From contig JBILLK010000040.1 in assembly GCA_044376115.1 (NCBI GenBank), positions 1-64,000 on the forward strand: a DNA stretch of 64,000 nt, in the 5' to 3' direction. This document shows positions 18,719 through 29,276 of the stretch, piece by piece. A program made the translations under genes and the position numbers. Origin of the DNA: Polyangiaceae bacterium (lineage in GTDB: Bacteria; Myxococcota_A; Polyangia; Polyangiales; Polyangiaceae). The notes below the pieces were generated by a model, which saw nothing but the letters and a program-made list of their open reading frames with translations, ran no database searches and was not told where the DNA came from. Every line of letters begins with the position of its first letter. The first letter of the stretch is position 1.

Positions 18719-20770
18719 ATGTCGATGAGCTTCAACGACTTGAGCGTGACCATCGCCACCGGCGATACGCTGGACGTGCGGACCTTCAAAGTGGAGCAGG
18801 AGATGAGCAAGCTCTTCTCCGTCGAGCTCCTGGTTCGCTCCGAGAATCAGGACATCGATTTCGACGGCGTCATCGGTCAGGCCGCGACCTTCATGCTGAC
18901 CACCAACACGGAGCGTCCTCAGTGGTCGGGGATCTGCCTCGAGATGGAGCTCCTCCGCGTCGAAGAGACGGGCCTGGCGACCTACCGGCTCGTGATTGCG
19001 CCGCGGCTGTGGCTCCTCACGCAGCGCAAGAACTTCCGCATCTTTCAGTTCCTCTCGGATCTCGCCATCGCGCAGAAGCTCTTGAGCGAATGGGGGATCG
19101 AGACCGTCACGCGCGTCGACCCAAGTGTTCACGTGGCCCGCAAGTACCGCGTTCAGTACGACGAGAGCGACTTTGGTTTCATCTGTCGCCTACTCGAGGA
19201 CGCCGGCATCAGCTGGCGCTTCGAGGGCCCGGAGTCGAAGCTCGTGCTCGACGATGCACCCGAGACGAGAGACCTCCAACATCCGCTCGTCCGCTTCCAC
19301 GATGCGCCGTCCGTGACGGAGGGGGCCTTCGTGACCAAGCTCTCGGTCACCTCGCGTGTGCGCCCCGGGGCGATGGTCATCGGTGACGTCGACTATCGAC
19401 GGCGGAGCGATCGGCAACCGCGCGCTTCGGCGATGGCTGGGCTGCCGCAAGAGACGGTGCTGGAGCAGTTCGACCACGAGCCTGGAGCGTTCCTTTATGT
19501 GGGCAAGGGAGGTGGCGTGACCCCAGTCGCGGACGATCGCGGCGCAGCGCGCACGAGCGACGCCCTCGGTGATCGAAAGACGAAGAACCGGCTCGCGGGA
19601 AAGCGGCGAGACGCCAACGAAGCAATGTTCGAGTCGAACGTGCTGGAGCTCGCGCCAGGGTCGATCCTCAGCGTCGCGAATCATCCGCACCGCCAAGTCG
19701 CGCTGGACAGAGGACTTCTCGTAGTGCGGGCGGTGCTTTCGGGTGAGCACGCGAACGATTGGCGCGCGCAGGTGACGGCCGTGCCCACGTCTGCGCCGTA
19801 CCGCCCCGCGCTTCAGACGCCAAAACCGCGTGTCCGCGGGCTCGAGAGCGCGACCGTGGTCGGCCCTCCGGGAGAAGAGATCCACACCGATGAGTTCGGC
19901 CGTGTGCGTGTGCACTTTCACTGGGACAGAGAGAGTCAGCGCGACGAGAAGAGCTCGTGCTGGGTGCACACCGCTCAGCCTTGGGCGGGCAATGGGTTCG
20001 GGGCGATCAACCTCCCTCGAATCGGTCAGGAGGTCCTCATCGAGTTCCTCGGGGGTGATCCCGATCGTCCGTTCTTGGTGGGGCGTGTGTACACGGAGAC
20101 CAATCCACCGCCCGACGCCCTGCCGAAGTACAAGCACGTCGCAGGGCTCTTCACCGAATCGACGCCGCGTCTCGTCATGGGCGGCTCGACCAACTTTCGC
20201 GGCACGGGCGGAATCAAAGGTGGGACGCCCTTGACGCCCGCGGAGGTGTTGTCGCGAAGCTCGACCCCCGGCCCCAAGGACATCGTGTCGCCGACGGGCA
20301 CGAATCACAATTGGCAAGGCAGCGGCTTCAAGCTCTCTGACCAGTCGGGTGCCGAGAACTTCTACCTCCAGGCGAACAGGGACATGCACTGGGTCATTCG
20401 CAACAACTGGACGACCGTCGTCGGCAACGAGCGCAGCGCGGTGATTGGCACTCACGACATCACTGGCATCAAGCAAAACCAGAAGATCTTCATCGGCAGC
20501 AACCAAGATGTGCTCTGTCTGAGCCAGGTGAACAAGGTCACCGGCAACCGATACGACAAGGTGCACGAAGCCTTCTCCCAGACGGTCAACAAGGAAGTGA
20601 AAGTGGAGTCGACGACCGGCCAGCTGATCCTCAAAGCCGACGACGCCATCACGATTGATGGGGACGTCGCGGTCGAGTTTCGCGTGGGCGATTCTCTGAT
20701 CCGCGTCGACCCGAATCGGATCGGCATCGGCGCCGAGGGCAACCTGGTGCTGCTCAACCCAGGGCAGTGA
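18719..20770 (+). CDS. vgrG: VgrG copy 3
   Basis: VgrG motifs; AGGAG RBS; ends VLLNPGQ. Confidence 0.95.
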   Translation: MSMSFNDLSVTIATGDTLDVRTFKVEQEMSKLFSVELLVRSENQDIDFDGVIGQAATFMLTTNTERPQWSGICLEMELLRVEETGLATYRLVIAPRLWLLTQRKNFRIFQFLSDLAIAQKLLSEWGIETVTRVDPSVHVARKYRVQYDESDFGFICRLLEDAGISWRFEGPESKLVLDDAPETRDLQHPLVRFHDAPSVTEGAFVTKLSVTSRVRPGAMVIGDVDYRRRSDRQPRASAMAGLPQETVLEQFDHEPGAFLYVGKGGGVTPVADDRGAARTSDALGDRKTKNRLAGKRRDANEAMFESNVLELAPGSILSVANHPHRQVALDRGLLVVRAVLSGEHANDWRAQVTAVPTSAPYRPALQTPKPRVRGLESATVVGPPGEEIHTDEFGRVRVHFHWDRESQRDEKSSCWVHTAQPWAGNGFGAINLPRIGQEVLIEFLGGDPDRPFLVGRVYTETNPPPDALPKYKHVAGLFTESTPRLVMGGSTNFRGTGGIKGGTPLTPAEVLSRSSTPGPKDIVSPTGTNHNWQGSGFKLSDQSGAENFYLQANRDMHWVIRNNWTTVVGNERSAVIGTHDITGIKQNQKIFIGSNQDVLCLSQVNKVTGNRYDKVHEAFSQTVNKEVKVESTTGQLILKADDAITIDGDVAVEFRVGDSLIRVDPNRIGIGAEGNLVLLNPGQ

Positions 20771-20890
20771 GGCTCCGCTCGGGCTCCCCATCGCCCACGA
20801 TTGGGCGCGAAGGCCGCGGGCCCATCCTGCCTGCGTCCCAGGACGCCAACCCAGGCAAACGCCACCCCGTCCTTGCCGAGTGAACCACTG

Positions 20891-20911
20891 TGGTGTACCA
20901 CTGGTACACCA
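20891..20911. promoter_or_regulatory. TetR operator candidate overlapping the start codon
   Basis: Perfect IR TGGTGTACCA-c-TGGTACACCA ending on the A of the ATG. Confidence 0.7.
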
Positions 20912-21510
20912 TGCCCTCCCCTCGTTATGGACGGCTCGCTCCCGAGCGGCGCGCACACATCCTCGCGGTCGCGCGGCAGCACTTCGCAGCGGGGGTCGAG
21001 GCGGCGTCGTACAACCAGATCATCGCCGAGGCGGGCATCTCCAAGACGACCGCGTATCTGTACTTCGACGGGAAGCAGGACCTTGTCGGAGAGGTATGGC
21101 GCGACCTGCTAGTGCGGCTCGCCGAAGTGATGGGCCCGTGGCAACCGGCCGGTTCGGCCCGCAGGTTCTGGCGGCAGCTCGAGGCGACGAGCGACTCGCT
21201 GCGCCGCCACCTCGTTGAGCACCCCGAGGATCTGGCGCTGCTCGGGCAGTCGGTCGCTGTGCCCGAGTCGGCGACGCTCGAGCGCTGGTTCGCGGACCTG
21301 GTCGAGGATGGCGTCGGCCTCGCGATCATCCGCACTGACGTCCCGCGGCCGCTGCTCGTGGCCGCGACGATCGCGCTGTTCCGCGTGGCCGACGAGCCGG
21401 TGATCGCCGCGATGTTGCGCGGAGAGCCAGCCGACCCCGAGCCGGGTTGGCAATTGTTGCGCGCCTTGTGGGGCGCGACGCCGACGACCCGCACCACCAA
21501 GAAAGGCTGA
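20911..21510 (+). CDS. TetR/AcrR-family regulator
   Basis: ASYNQIIAEAGISKTTAYLYFDGKQDL. Confidence 0.9.
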   Translation: MPSPRYGRLAPERRAHILAVARQHFAAGVEAASYNQIIAEAGISKTTAYLYFDGKQDLVGEVWRDLLVRLAEVMGPWQPAGSARRFWRQLEATSDSLRRHLVEHPEDLALLGQSVAVPESATLERWFADLVEDGVGLAIIRTDVPRPLLVAATIALFRVADEPVIAAMLRGEPADPEPGWQLLRALWGATPTTRTTKKG

Positions 21511-21514
21511 GACC

Positions 21515-22723
21515 ATGCACGCACCTCCCGCTCTCCACGACGTGTTCGGTGAATCGCCTTCCAAGCGCGAGATCGCGGTGGTCCTCGTCTTCGGTATCGG
21601 TGCCGCGCTCTGGTTGACCCTGGGGCTACGCGCCGAGTCGTCGGGGCTGCCGTGGTGGCGCCTCCTGCTCGCCGCGCTCGTCATCACCGACATCGCGGCG
21701 GGCTGCGTCGCCAACTTCACGCGGTCGACCAACGACTTCTACGCAACGCGGCCGCGCAACCGCTGGCTGTTCATCGCCGTGCATGGCCACGTGCTGCTCG
21801 TCGCCGCGGCGCTCGGGGTCGACCTCGCACCCGCGCTCGCGGTGTGGGCCTACACCGTCCTCGCCGCGAGCGTCGTCAACGCGCTGGCCGGAGCGCCCGC
21901 ACAGCGGTTCGTCGCCGGCGTGCTGCTCGCGGCGGCTCTGGTGTGGATCCCACAGCTCGACGGCGTCGCGGCGCCGCTCGTCGTCGTGTACTGCCTCTTC
22001 GTCCTCAAGGTGGTGTATGCGTTCGCGGTCGATCACCGGGCGGCCGCGCGCAGAGTCGACCATGGCGGAGTCGCGGATGGCGGAGCCGACGCGAGCGCGC
22101 CGATCCGCGAGCTCGCGGGGACCGATCGCTCGGGCTTCGTCACCCTGATGTCCGCTGCGTTCGCCCGCGATCCGTGGATCGAAGCGGCGCTCGGGCCCGC
22201 GAGCGACCCAAGCGCCTCGAGTCGACGGTCCGCCTTCGCGTCGTTCATGTTCGACCACAACCGCCTGCAGGGCGGGCGTCCCCTCGGCGTATTCGACGGC
22301 GAGCGCTTGGTGGCCTGCGCGCTGCTCGAGCCCCCGGTGTCGCGCTGGCGCGCCGGCCTCGGCCTGCTCGCCTCGCTGTTGCGTTTCGTGCCCGTGGCAG
22401 TGCGCCTCGGTGCCCGCCGCACCGCGCGACTCAATGCGTACTTGCTGCGGACGCGGGCGGTCGCCCCCAGGGCGCCGCACCACTACCTCGCGATGATCGG
22501 CGTCGCGCCGGACCAACAGCGACGCGGACGCGGCCAGCAGCTCCTGCGCGAGATCATCGCCCAGGCCGCTCGAGTCCCCGCCTCCCACGGCGTCGCGCTC
22601 GACACCGAGAACCCCGACAATGTGCCGCTCTACCAGCGCCTCGGTTTCGACGTCACGGCGACGGTCGAACTCGATGGCGCGCGCGCGACTGCGATGTTCC
22701 GGCCGCACGCCCCCACCGAGTAG
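21515..22723 (+). CDS. Membrane domain fused to a GNAT acetyltransferase
   Basis: N-terminal ~170 aa multi-TM; C-terminal YLAMIGVAPDQQRRGRG...LDTENPDNVPLYQRLGF. Confidence 0.85.
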   Translation: MHAPPALHDVFGESPSKREIAVVLVFGIGAALWLTLGLRAESSGLPWWRLLLAALVITDIAAGCVANFTRSTNDFYATRPRNRWLFIAVHGHVLLVAAALGVDLAPALAVWAYTVLAASVVNALAGAPAQRFVAGVLLAAALVWIPQLDGVAAPLVVVYCLFVLKVVYAFAVDHRAAARRVDHGGVADGGADASAPIRELAGTDRSGFVTLMSAAFARDPWIEAALGPASDPSASSRRSAFASFMFDHNRLQGGRPLGVFDGERLVACALLEPPVSRWRAGLGLLASLLRFVPVAVRLGARRTARLNAYLLRTRAVAPRAPHHYLAMIGVAPDQQRRGRGQQLLREIIAQAARVPASHGVALDTENPDNVPLYQRLGFDVTATVELDGARATAMFRPHAPTE

Positions 22724-22748
22724 TGACCACTCGACCGCAAGCTCGTAT

Positions 22749-23585
22749 TCAGGCGAAGAGCTCGGTTTCGACGGTGACGCCCCTCGCCATCAGCTTCTTG
22801 CACGCCTTCGTGAGCGCACCGCCGTTGTCGCGGCAGCCCCAGAACTTCACCCGGGCGAGCTTTGGTAGGTCGACGAGGGCCTCCGCCTTCTTGATGCCCG
22901 CGCAGGTGTTGAACCAGACCTCGGTGAGCGAGGGGATCTTTACCAGCGGCGCGAGATCCGTGAACGCGTGGCAGTTCATCGCCCCAAACGTCGTGAGCTC
23001 GCTGAAGCGCACCACCGGCGCGAGCGTCGCGAGGTTCCCACGGTTGAACGACAGTGCGCGAAGAGGCAGCACCTCGAACGGCGTCAGCGCCGCCGCGTCC
23101 TTCACCGGACCGATCTGGAGTTCGCGCAGCGAAGCGATCTTGGCGATCTCGGCGAAGACCTTCTTCGTTCCCTTCGTCCGTACGATGAGCCTCTCGAGTA
23201 CCGGGAAGTGCGAAGCGTCTGCGACGTTCACCACGGCGTCGCGCGCCTCGACGCTCGTGAGCCGCGGCCAAGGCCCCGCGGGCAGGGTGAGCTCGCTCGT
23301 CCCGCCGATGTGGAGCTCTGCAAGCTTTGGGACGTCGGCCGGCGTGAACGCGAGCAGGTGCGCGTCAGTCGAGAGTGAGTGCACGTTCGGCAGCTCGCGC
23401 AGCACCTCCGGCATCGACGCGTCCATTGACAGATCGAACAACACGACGCGCTCGATCGCCGACGGCGCGACGTCGCGCGGCAGCTCGTTCCAGCCGACGA
23501 CGTGGTGGATCCACTCCCGCGGGCCCGCTGCGCCCGGTGTGTAGCCCATGTCGGTCGTCATCCAAAGCGCGTGCCGCGGGCTCAT
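22749..23585 (-). CDS. Leucine-rich repeat protein
   Basis: Repeated LxxLxL units (LPKLAELHI, FPVLERLIV, SLRELQI, LPKLARV). Confidence 0.7.
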   Translation of the reverse strand: MSPRHALWMTTDMGYTPGAAGPREWIHHVVGWNELPRDVAPSAIERVVLFDLSMDASMPEVLRELPNVHSLSTDAHLLAFTPADVPKLAELHIGGTSELTLPAGPWPRLTSVEARDAVVNVADASHFPVLERLIVRTKGTKKVFAEIAKIASLRELQIGPVKDAAALTPFEVLPLRALSFNRGNLATLAPVVRFSELTTFGAMNCHAFTDLAPLVKIPSLTEVWFNTCAGIKKAEALVDLPKLARVKFWGCRDNGGALTKACKKLMARGVTVETELFA

Positions 23586-23835
23586 CCTCCCCGCGTATCA
23601 CGCGCTTGGCCCAATGAGGCAATCGGCGAAACGTGGATCGACGAGCAGCGTGACCTTTGGACGTCGCGACCGCGACGACTGCCCCTTCGCCTCCAGATAA
23701 ACCATCTAAGGCACAATGCGACGTTGCGCGGGTCCGGCTGCTCGCTGGCGTCCAGGATTCACGCACTTCGTGCGCGCTTTCTGCCGTGGAGCACCGTTCA
23801 GGTCGACTCGGCGTGCCAATTCGCCCCGAGATAAA

Positions 23836-24435
23836 CTATCTCCGGCCCAAAGCGACGACTCCGGAGGCGGCGCACCAATTGACCCTCGCCGCATGATGGC
23901 GCCACTCACTGTGCGCGAGGCTCGAACGCCGGAAACATCGCTCATCCGCGATCTCCTTTGCGCCCGCTCGTTTGGCTGCTTCGATCAGGCGCTCCACGTG
24001 GATCCGTGGGAACACGCGGTCTGTGCTCGACTGTTTCCGCAACAAGACCTGCGCCTCGGCCACCGCCGCACGATACGCCTCGGTGAATTGCTCCACGCTC
24101 GTGGCGGTGTCGGCTGCGTCTTCGATCAGCGATGAGAGCGCCCAATCGACGAAGTGTCGGTCTTCGACGTCGGTCGGGTTCGCGGCGTAGTAGTCGACGA
24201 CTTCGCGCAAGCGCCGGCGCGCCTCCTCGGGATCGCGTTTCGAACGAAACAGCGTGATGGCCGCGCGGTTGCGCGCGCACGTCTCGCGGCTCGTGTGGTT
24301 GGCGTCGCGGGCGCGCTGCATCGCCGCGTCGAACAACAAGAACGCCTCGTGCAGGTGGTCCTTGTTCCAGCGCCAATGCGCTTTGCCGCTGAGGGTCTCC
24401 GACTCGAAGGACGAGGCAGGCTTTCCGCCTAACAA
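23836..24435 (-). CDS. Hypothetical helical protein, possibly a fragment
   Basis: Coding-like alpha-helical ORF; an in-frame ATG-TAG just upstream leaves the start unclear. Confidence 0.4.
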   Translation of the reverse strand: MLGGKPASSFESETLSGKAHWRWNKDHLHEAFLLFDAAMQRARDANHTSRETCARNRAAITLFRSKRDPEEARRRLREVVDYYAANPTDVEDRHFVDWALSSLIEDAADTATSVEQFTEAYRAAVAEAQVLLRKQSSTDRVFPRIHVERLIEAAKRAGAKEIADERCFRRSSLAHSEWRHHAARVNWCAASGVVALGRR

Positions 24436-24515
24436 ATCAGCCAGCTACATGGCCCCGGGCAAGGGCGTCGGCTTCTTCGCTCTCTTCGGTCGAGGTGCGG
24501 ATCGTGCTGCGCGGC

Positions 24516-25340
24516 TCACTTCAGCGCCTTTCTTTCAGCCGCGAGCGCCGACCGGCTCAGCTTCTCCACCAAAGCCGGGAACCACCGCCCAAGGCGCCAG
24601 GCCACGCGCGCGCGGGCCGGGAGCACGATCACGCCTTGGTTGGCCTCGAGCGCCACCAGGAGTTCCTCGACAGCCTTCTCCACGGAATACGGCGGCCCAG
24701 CCAACGCGGTGAGGAAGCGGCGCGCATCGGGAGCGGTACCGATCTTAAACTCCGGCGGATTGATGCTGTCCAGAATGGGCGTCTCCACGGCGGCCGGACA
24801 AAACACGCTGACCCTTACGCCTCGCGCCGCAGCCTCGACCCGCAGGCTCGTACTCAAGCCAACGACCGCGTGTTTCGTCAGCGCGTACGGAGCAAACAAC
24901 GGTGCCGGTCCCAAACCCGCCAGCGACGCCGTATTCACGATGTGACCGAAGCCCTGTTTGAGCATCAGCGGATAGGCCGCGAGGACGCCATGCAGCACGC
25001 CATACAAGTTGATATCCACGATGCGCCGCCAAGCATCCAACGGAATGTCATTGGTCTCACCGGCCGTGCCGATGCCGGCATTGTTGAACACGTAGTCCAG
25101 CCGCCCTCGTTCGGTCGCAAAGCCCTCGATGGCCGAGTGCACAGCGGCGGGGTCGCGCACGTCGAGCGCCAAGGCGGTCGCGCGCGAACCACACTCTTTT
25201 CCGACGCGTGCCGCAGCATCGCCGTCAATGTCCGTCACACACACGGCCATACCGCGCTCAGCGAGCGCCTTGGACAAGGCCTTGCCGATACCCGAGCCAC
25301 CACCGGTCACGAAAGCCGCTTTTGTTGAATCAGAAGTCAT
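24516..25340 (-). CDS. SDR-family oxidoreductase
   Basis: TGGGSGIG, NNAG, NTAS, YALTK. Confidence 0.95.
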   Translation of the reverse strand: MTSDSTKAAFVTGGGSGIGKALSKALAERGMAVCVTDIDGDAAARVGKECGSRATALALDVRDPAAVHSAIEGFATERGRLDYVFNNAGIGTAGETNDIPLDAWRRIVDINLYGVLHGVLAAYPLMLKQGFGHIVNTASLAGLGPAPLFAPYALTKHAVVGLSTSLRVEAAARGVRVSVFCPAAVETPILDSINPPEFKIGTAPDARRFLTALAGPPYSVEKAVEELLVALEANQGVIVLPARARVAWRLGRWFPALVEKLSRSALAAERKALK

Positions 25341-25478
25341 CGAACTGCTCCGTGATCACCGCGTTGCACGCTCACCGGCGCGAACGCGCTCGTGCGATGA
25401 ACCGCTTCATGCACCGACGAAACGCTACCAGAGGGTGTTTCGGAAAACAAACGCGGGAGCGATGCGCTCACCTGCGCC

Positions 25479-27395
25479 TCAACCGACCGGTGGCAGCGCC
25501 GACAGCGGCGTTGTCCAAAGGCTCTGCGCTCGGAGGCGGACATCGTGGAGCACGCGTTCGAAGCGTTCGTGGTCTCGGACGACCTCGAAGGCCGGGCAGT
25601 GCGCGAGCCATTCGATGTCGACCAAACCGGCTTGATCGGCCTGCTCGAGCAGGTCGAGCGACTGCATTGGATCTCCGATGGCCCCCTCGACCTCTGCGGC
25701 GGCCTGCGTACGCGACAATAGCAACCGGCGGCCGAGCGTAAGGGGCTGTCGAAACTGTTCGCGAAGACCCCAAAGCTCGCTGTGATCGAGCGTCGCTCGC
25801 GCAATGCTGGTGGCGGTCTGAAGTGGGAGCGGAGATCCGACACTCAGCTCGCCGAGCTTGGAGAGGAGCTTGCTCGCCCGCGCCTTGTCCCCCCACCAAC
25901 AGGCGAAGCGGGCCTCTAGCACGGCCTCTTCGTAGGTCACAGGTCCCATCGTCGCGCTCAACGCCAAGGCCTCGTCCAAAAGATCCACTCGTCCCCGTAG
26001 TGCATAGGCGCGGCCCACCAGCGACAGCGCGGCCCTAAACGCAGGGTCGAGTGAGAGCGCACCCAAGATGCGGCGCACGCCGCGCTCTGCGTGACCGGCC
26101 TCGCACTCGATACGTCCCAGGTGCTCATGGGCTCTTGCATGTCGGGGATCGAGTCGCACGGCCTCTGTCAGGGAGCGCACGCCGGCGGCAAAGTCGGCGT
26201 CTCGCAGTTGCAAGAGGCCGCGCGCTACATGGGTATCGGCCAAGTGGTTCGCGCGTTCTTCCGCCAGTGCGACGGCCTCGTCGAGCTCCGGCTGCGGTCC
26301 GCTCGAGCTGAGCAGATAGACGCGCACGAACGACGCGGCGAGCGCGCGTGCAGCCACAGCGGGCAAGAACTGGGGCGCGAGTTCGACACACTCGCTCAGC
26401 GCCTCGAAGGACTCCTTGAACGAGCGCGCAGGCGAGCGAAAGAGCGTGAGACCGCGAAGGTACGCCATGAGCGCGGAGTGGGAGAGTGAGCCGAGGGAGC
26501 TCGGCGCCGACGGTTCCATCCTCGTGGGGGCCTCCGCGCTGACGCTCTGCAACTCAGGCCCACCGTGCGAAGGCGGTGCCTTGAAGTCTTTGCTGATAGG
26601 CCGAAGTAGCGCCTCGAGCTCGGTCGCACGCGGACGCGCTGCAGGGTCACGCGAGAGGCAACGCCGAAGGATCGGCGTAAGCGCACTGCCGCTCGGCAGC
26701 AGCGAGAAGGCCGGCTCCTGATTCAGCCGCGCCTGAGCCCGCTCGGTCGAAGATGCACCCGGGAAAGGCCGTTCGTGAGCCAGGAGTTCGAACATGACCA
26801 GCCCCAGTGAATAGATATCTTGGGCGGGAGCAGGCGGCTCCCCGAGCAGCTGCTCGGGCGCCATGTAGTCCGGCGTCCCCGCGATGCCATGCTCCCCTCC
26901 GTAGCGAAATGCCGCGATGCCCCAGTCGATCAGGACGACTCGCTCATCGCGTGTGACGAGCAGGTTGCTGGGCTTCAAATCACGGTGGACCACCTCAGCC
27001 TGGTGCGCTGCGGCGAGACCAAGCGCCGCGGAGGAGGCTAGCCAAGCCACATCCGCATCGGACCACACGCCGCGGTTGAGCCAATCGAGTACGGTGTGCC
27101 CTTCGATCAGCTCCATCGTGATGAAGAGCAAGCCTCGGTCGGTCCCGATATCGAACGTGCGTCCGACGTTGCGGTGGGTGATGCGACGGGCAAGCCGGAC
27201 CTCAGCGCGAAATCGCTCAGAGGCCGCAAGGTTGCCGTCGGTCAGGATCTTGAGGGCCACCTCCTCGCCGACCATCTCGTCGAAGACGCGATAGACCGCA
27301 CCCATGCCGCCAGCACCGAGGCTCGAGCGCACCCGGTAGCGCCCCGCAAAGAGCGATTCATCGGTCAAAGAGAGAGATCCCATCGACTCACCCAT
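25479..27395 (-). CDS. Ser/Thr protein kinase with C-terminal TPR region
   Basis: LGAGGMGAVY, VALK, HRDLKPSN, DWGIA, GTPDYMAPE; TPR-like C-terminus. Confidence 0.93.
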   Translation of the reverse strand: MGESMGSLSLTDESLFAGRYRVRSSLGAGGMGAVYRVFDEMVGEEVALKILTDGNLAASERFRAEVRLARRITHRNVGRTFDIGTDRGLLFITMELIEGHTVLDWLNRGVWSDADVAWLASSAALGLAAAHQAEVVHRDLKPSNLLVTRDERVVLIDWGIAAFRYGGEHGIAGTPDYMAPEQLLGEPPAPAQDIYSLGLVMFELLAHERPFPGASSTERAQARLNQEPAFSLLPSGSALTPILRRCLSRDPAARPRATELEALLRPISKDFKAPPSHGGPELQSVSAEAPTRMEPSAPSSLGSLSHSALMAYLRGLTLFRSPARSFKESFEALSECVELAPQFLPAVAARALAASFVRVYLLSSSGPQPELDEAVALAEERANHLADTHVARGLLQLRDADFAAGVRSLTEAVRLDPRHARAHEHLGRIECEAGHAERGVRRILGALSLDPAFRAALSLVGRAYALRGRVDLLDEALALSATMGPVTYEEAVLEARFACWWGDKARASKLLSKLGELSVGSPLPLQTATSIARATLDHSELWGLREQFRQPLTLGRRLLLSRTQAAAEVEGAIGDPMQSLDLLEQADQAGLVDIEWLAHCPAFEVVRDHERFERVLHDVRLRAQSLWTTPLSALPPVG

Positions 27396-27527
27396 CCACT
27401 GGCGTCTCCACGTTCGAGTGCGGCGCGCTCCGAACGATAGCGCGGTGTCGGCGTGGAATGCGCGGTGACTGCTCGAGATCTCGATGCGCCGGACTACGAG
27501 CGTGTTCTCGAGCGTACTCTGTGCCCA

Positions 27528-28865
27528 ATGAGGCTCGCCGCCACGCTGTTGCTGCTCGTTGGGTGCGGCCCTGATCTCGACCCAACCGCGGCTTCGTCGG
27601 CGCCCGCTCCCACGGTAGCCGAGGCCGAGAACGCCGCCTTCGCGCCCTCCGCGGCGACGCTCCCGAGCGCTTCGGCAGTGCCCGCCTCGGCAGTACCAGC
27701 GCCAGTGCCACCGCCTGCAGTGCCCAGCTGCGTTTTGGGCACCCCAGCTCGGGTGCCGCTTGCGCCGGAGACCCTCGGCTTGCGGCGGATCTCCGGCGTC
27801 GACTCGTTGTCGATCGCAACGGCGGGCGGGAGGAGCTTGCTCGTGTTCCGTTCCAGCGGTGATGTCGGCTGTGATCACGACGGCTGCTATCGTGACACGG
27901 CGCACGCGCTCGACCTGGCTCCAGGGGCGGCTCCATTCGTGCTCGAGGCGAGCGGCACCGGCATCTCGCCCCAGGTCGACGTCTCTACCTTGGTGATGGG
28001 TGGCACGCTGATGGCCGTGACCCAAGGCCACCGCGGTGCGGCCGCGATGGAAGGCGAGCATGACCGTCTGTTCGTAACCCACGGGGCCGTTCGGGCGTTG
28101 GATGTGCGCGCAGCGAACGGAGGCGCGTTCGTAGGCGCTGCGACGGCGAGCGGCGCCCTGATCGTCATTGCCGGCTGGGAGGCAGCGAGCAACGGCCAGG
28201 CGCCAGCTTCGGTGCGCGCCCTGACGCTGCGCGAGGGGGCGAAGAAAGCGCCGTCGGAGTTGCTTGCGTGGGGCATGTCCGACGAGCGTTTCGAGCAGCC
28301 GACGCTGAGCATCGACGGCGAAAATGCCGCCGCAGCGTTCGTGTTCCAGCGCGTCGCCGGTACGCGTTGCTCAGAGGGCCAAGGCTGCAGCGATCACACC
28401 GCCACCACGCGGCTCGAGGCGGTGTGGCTCGACCTGGCTTCGGGCGCGCCCGTCCGTAAGCGAGCGACGATCGCCACCGGCGCCGTATCGAGCCCAGCCG
28501 TGCTCGTAAGGGCCGAGGAGCTGAGCCTCCTCTGGAGCGAAGCGGGGACGCTGCGCTCGGCAACTTCTACCAGGCAGTCGGGAGCCGCCGAGCCTGCCGT
28601 CGAGACGCTCGTGATCGCAGGCCGCGAGCCGACCTTGGCCAGGCTTCCGGGCGGCCATATCGCTGTAGCCTTCGCTAGCAAGGGAGCTATTGCGCTTGGT
28701 ACAGGACCCGATCTGCGCGCAGCCGCTTCTACGGCGACCTCGGCAGGAGCGCACGCCCGAGCGCCGCGCCTGGCGATCGACGACGCCGGCGAAGGCCATC
28801 TCGCGTGGCTCGAGAAGGGACCGAGCGGGCACGCGATCGTGCACCGCAGCGTCAGCTGCCAATGA
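27528..28865 (+). CDS. Lipoprotein with beta-rich (propeller-like) domain
   Basis: MRLAATLLLLVGC lipobox; Ala/Pro linker; beta-repeat pattern. Confidence 0.7.
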   Translation: MRLAATLLLLVGCGPDLDPTAASSAPAPTVAEAENAAFAPSAATLPSASAVPASAVPAPVPPPAVPSCVLGTPARVPLAPETLGLRRISGVDSLSIATAGGRSLLVFRSSGDVGCDHDGCYRDTAHALDLAPGAAPFVLEASGTGISPQVDVSTLVMGGTLMAVTQGHRGAAAMEGEHDRLFVTHGAVRALDVRAANGGAFVGAATASGALIVIAGWEAASNGQAPASVRALTLREGAKKAPSELLAWGMSDERFEQPTLSIDGENAAAAFVFQRVAGTRCSEGQGCSDHTATTRLEAVWLDLASGAPVRKRATIATGAVSSPAVLVRAEELSLLWSEAGTLRSATSTRQSGAAEPAVETLVIAGREPTLARLPGGHIAVAFASKGAIALGTGPDLRAAASTATSAGAHARAPRLAIDDAGEGHLAWLEKGPSGHAIVHRSVSCQ

Positions 28866-29276
28866 AGAGTCAGGGGCCCAGCCGAAGAGCGGTTAAGATT
28901 TTTGCACAACTGGCGAATCGAAACTTGTGGCGCGGCTGCGTCATCCGCTGCTGCGCAACGGCCCGTCGGTGATCCTGCCGCACGCGAAGTCCTCCTCGAG
29001 GTTGGCGGGCCAGGCTTCGTAGGTATCCCGCTTCATGTGCATCAGGGGTGTGCGCGCGCCATCCTTGTTCTTGGGGGCCGGTACAGCGGCGTGAAGGCGT
29101 ATAAAGCTGCCCCGAGCCTTCTTCGTCGCCGGCACGCGGCCCATGCGGTTATCAAATCCCAATCGGCCGATGATAAGGTTCGGGCCAGGACCAAGCGGCG
29201 CTAAAGCGCATACGTGGTGGTACCGCCCAGTCGCGACGAGCTTGACCCAAGCGGTGCCGAGACTCCTGCAGCCTCA

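Noticed and set aside
21652..23544. 630-aa Arg/Ala-rich ORF
   Set aside because: Off-frame overlap of the GNAT fusion and antisense to the LRR gene
27396..28082. N-terminal extension of the 867-aa kinase ORF
   Set aside because: Antisense to the divergent lipoprotein; the kinase plausibly starts at 27395 or 27383
28902..29204. Short ORFs on either strand
   Set aside because: No motif, RBS or codon signal strong enough to call
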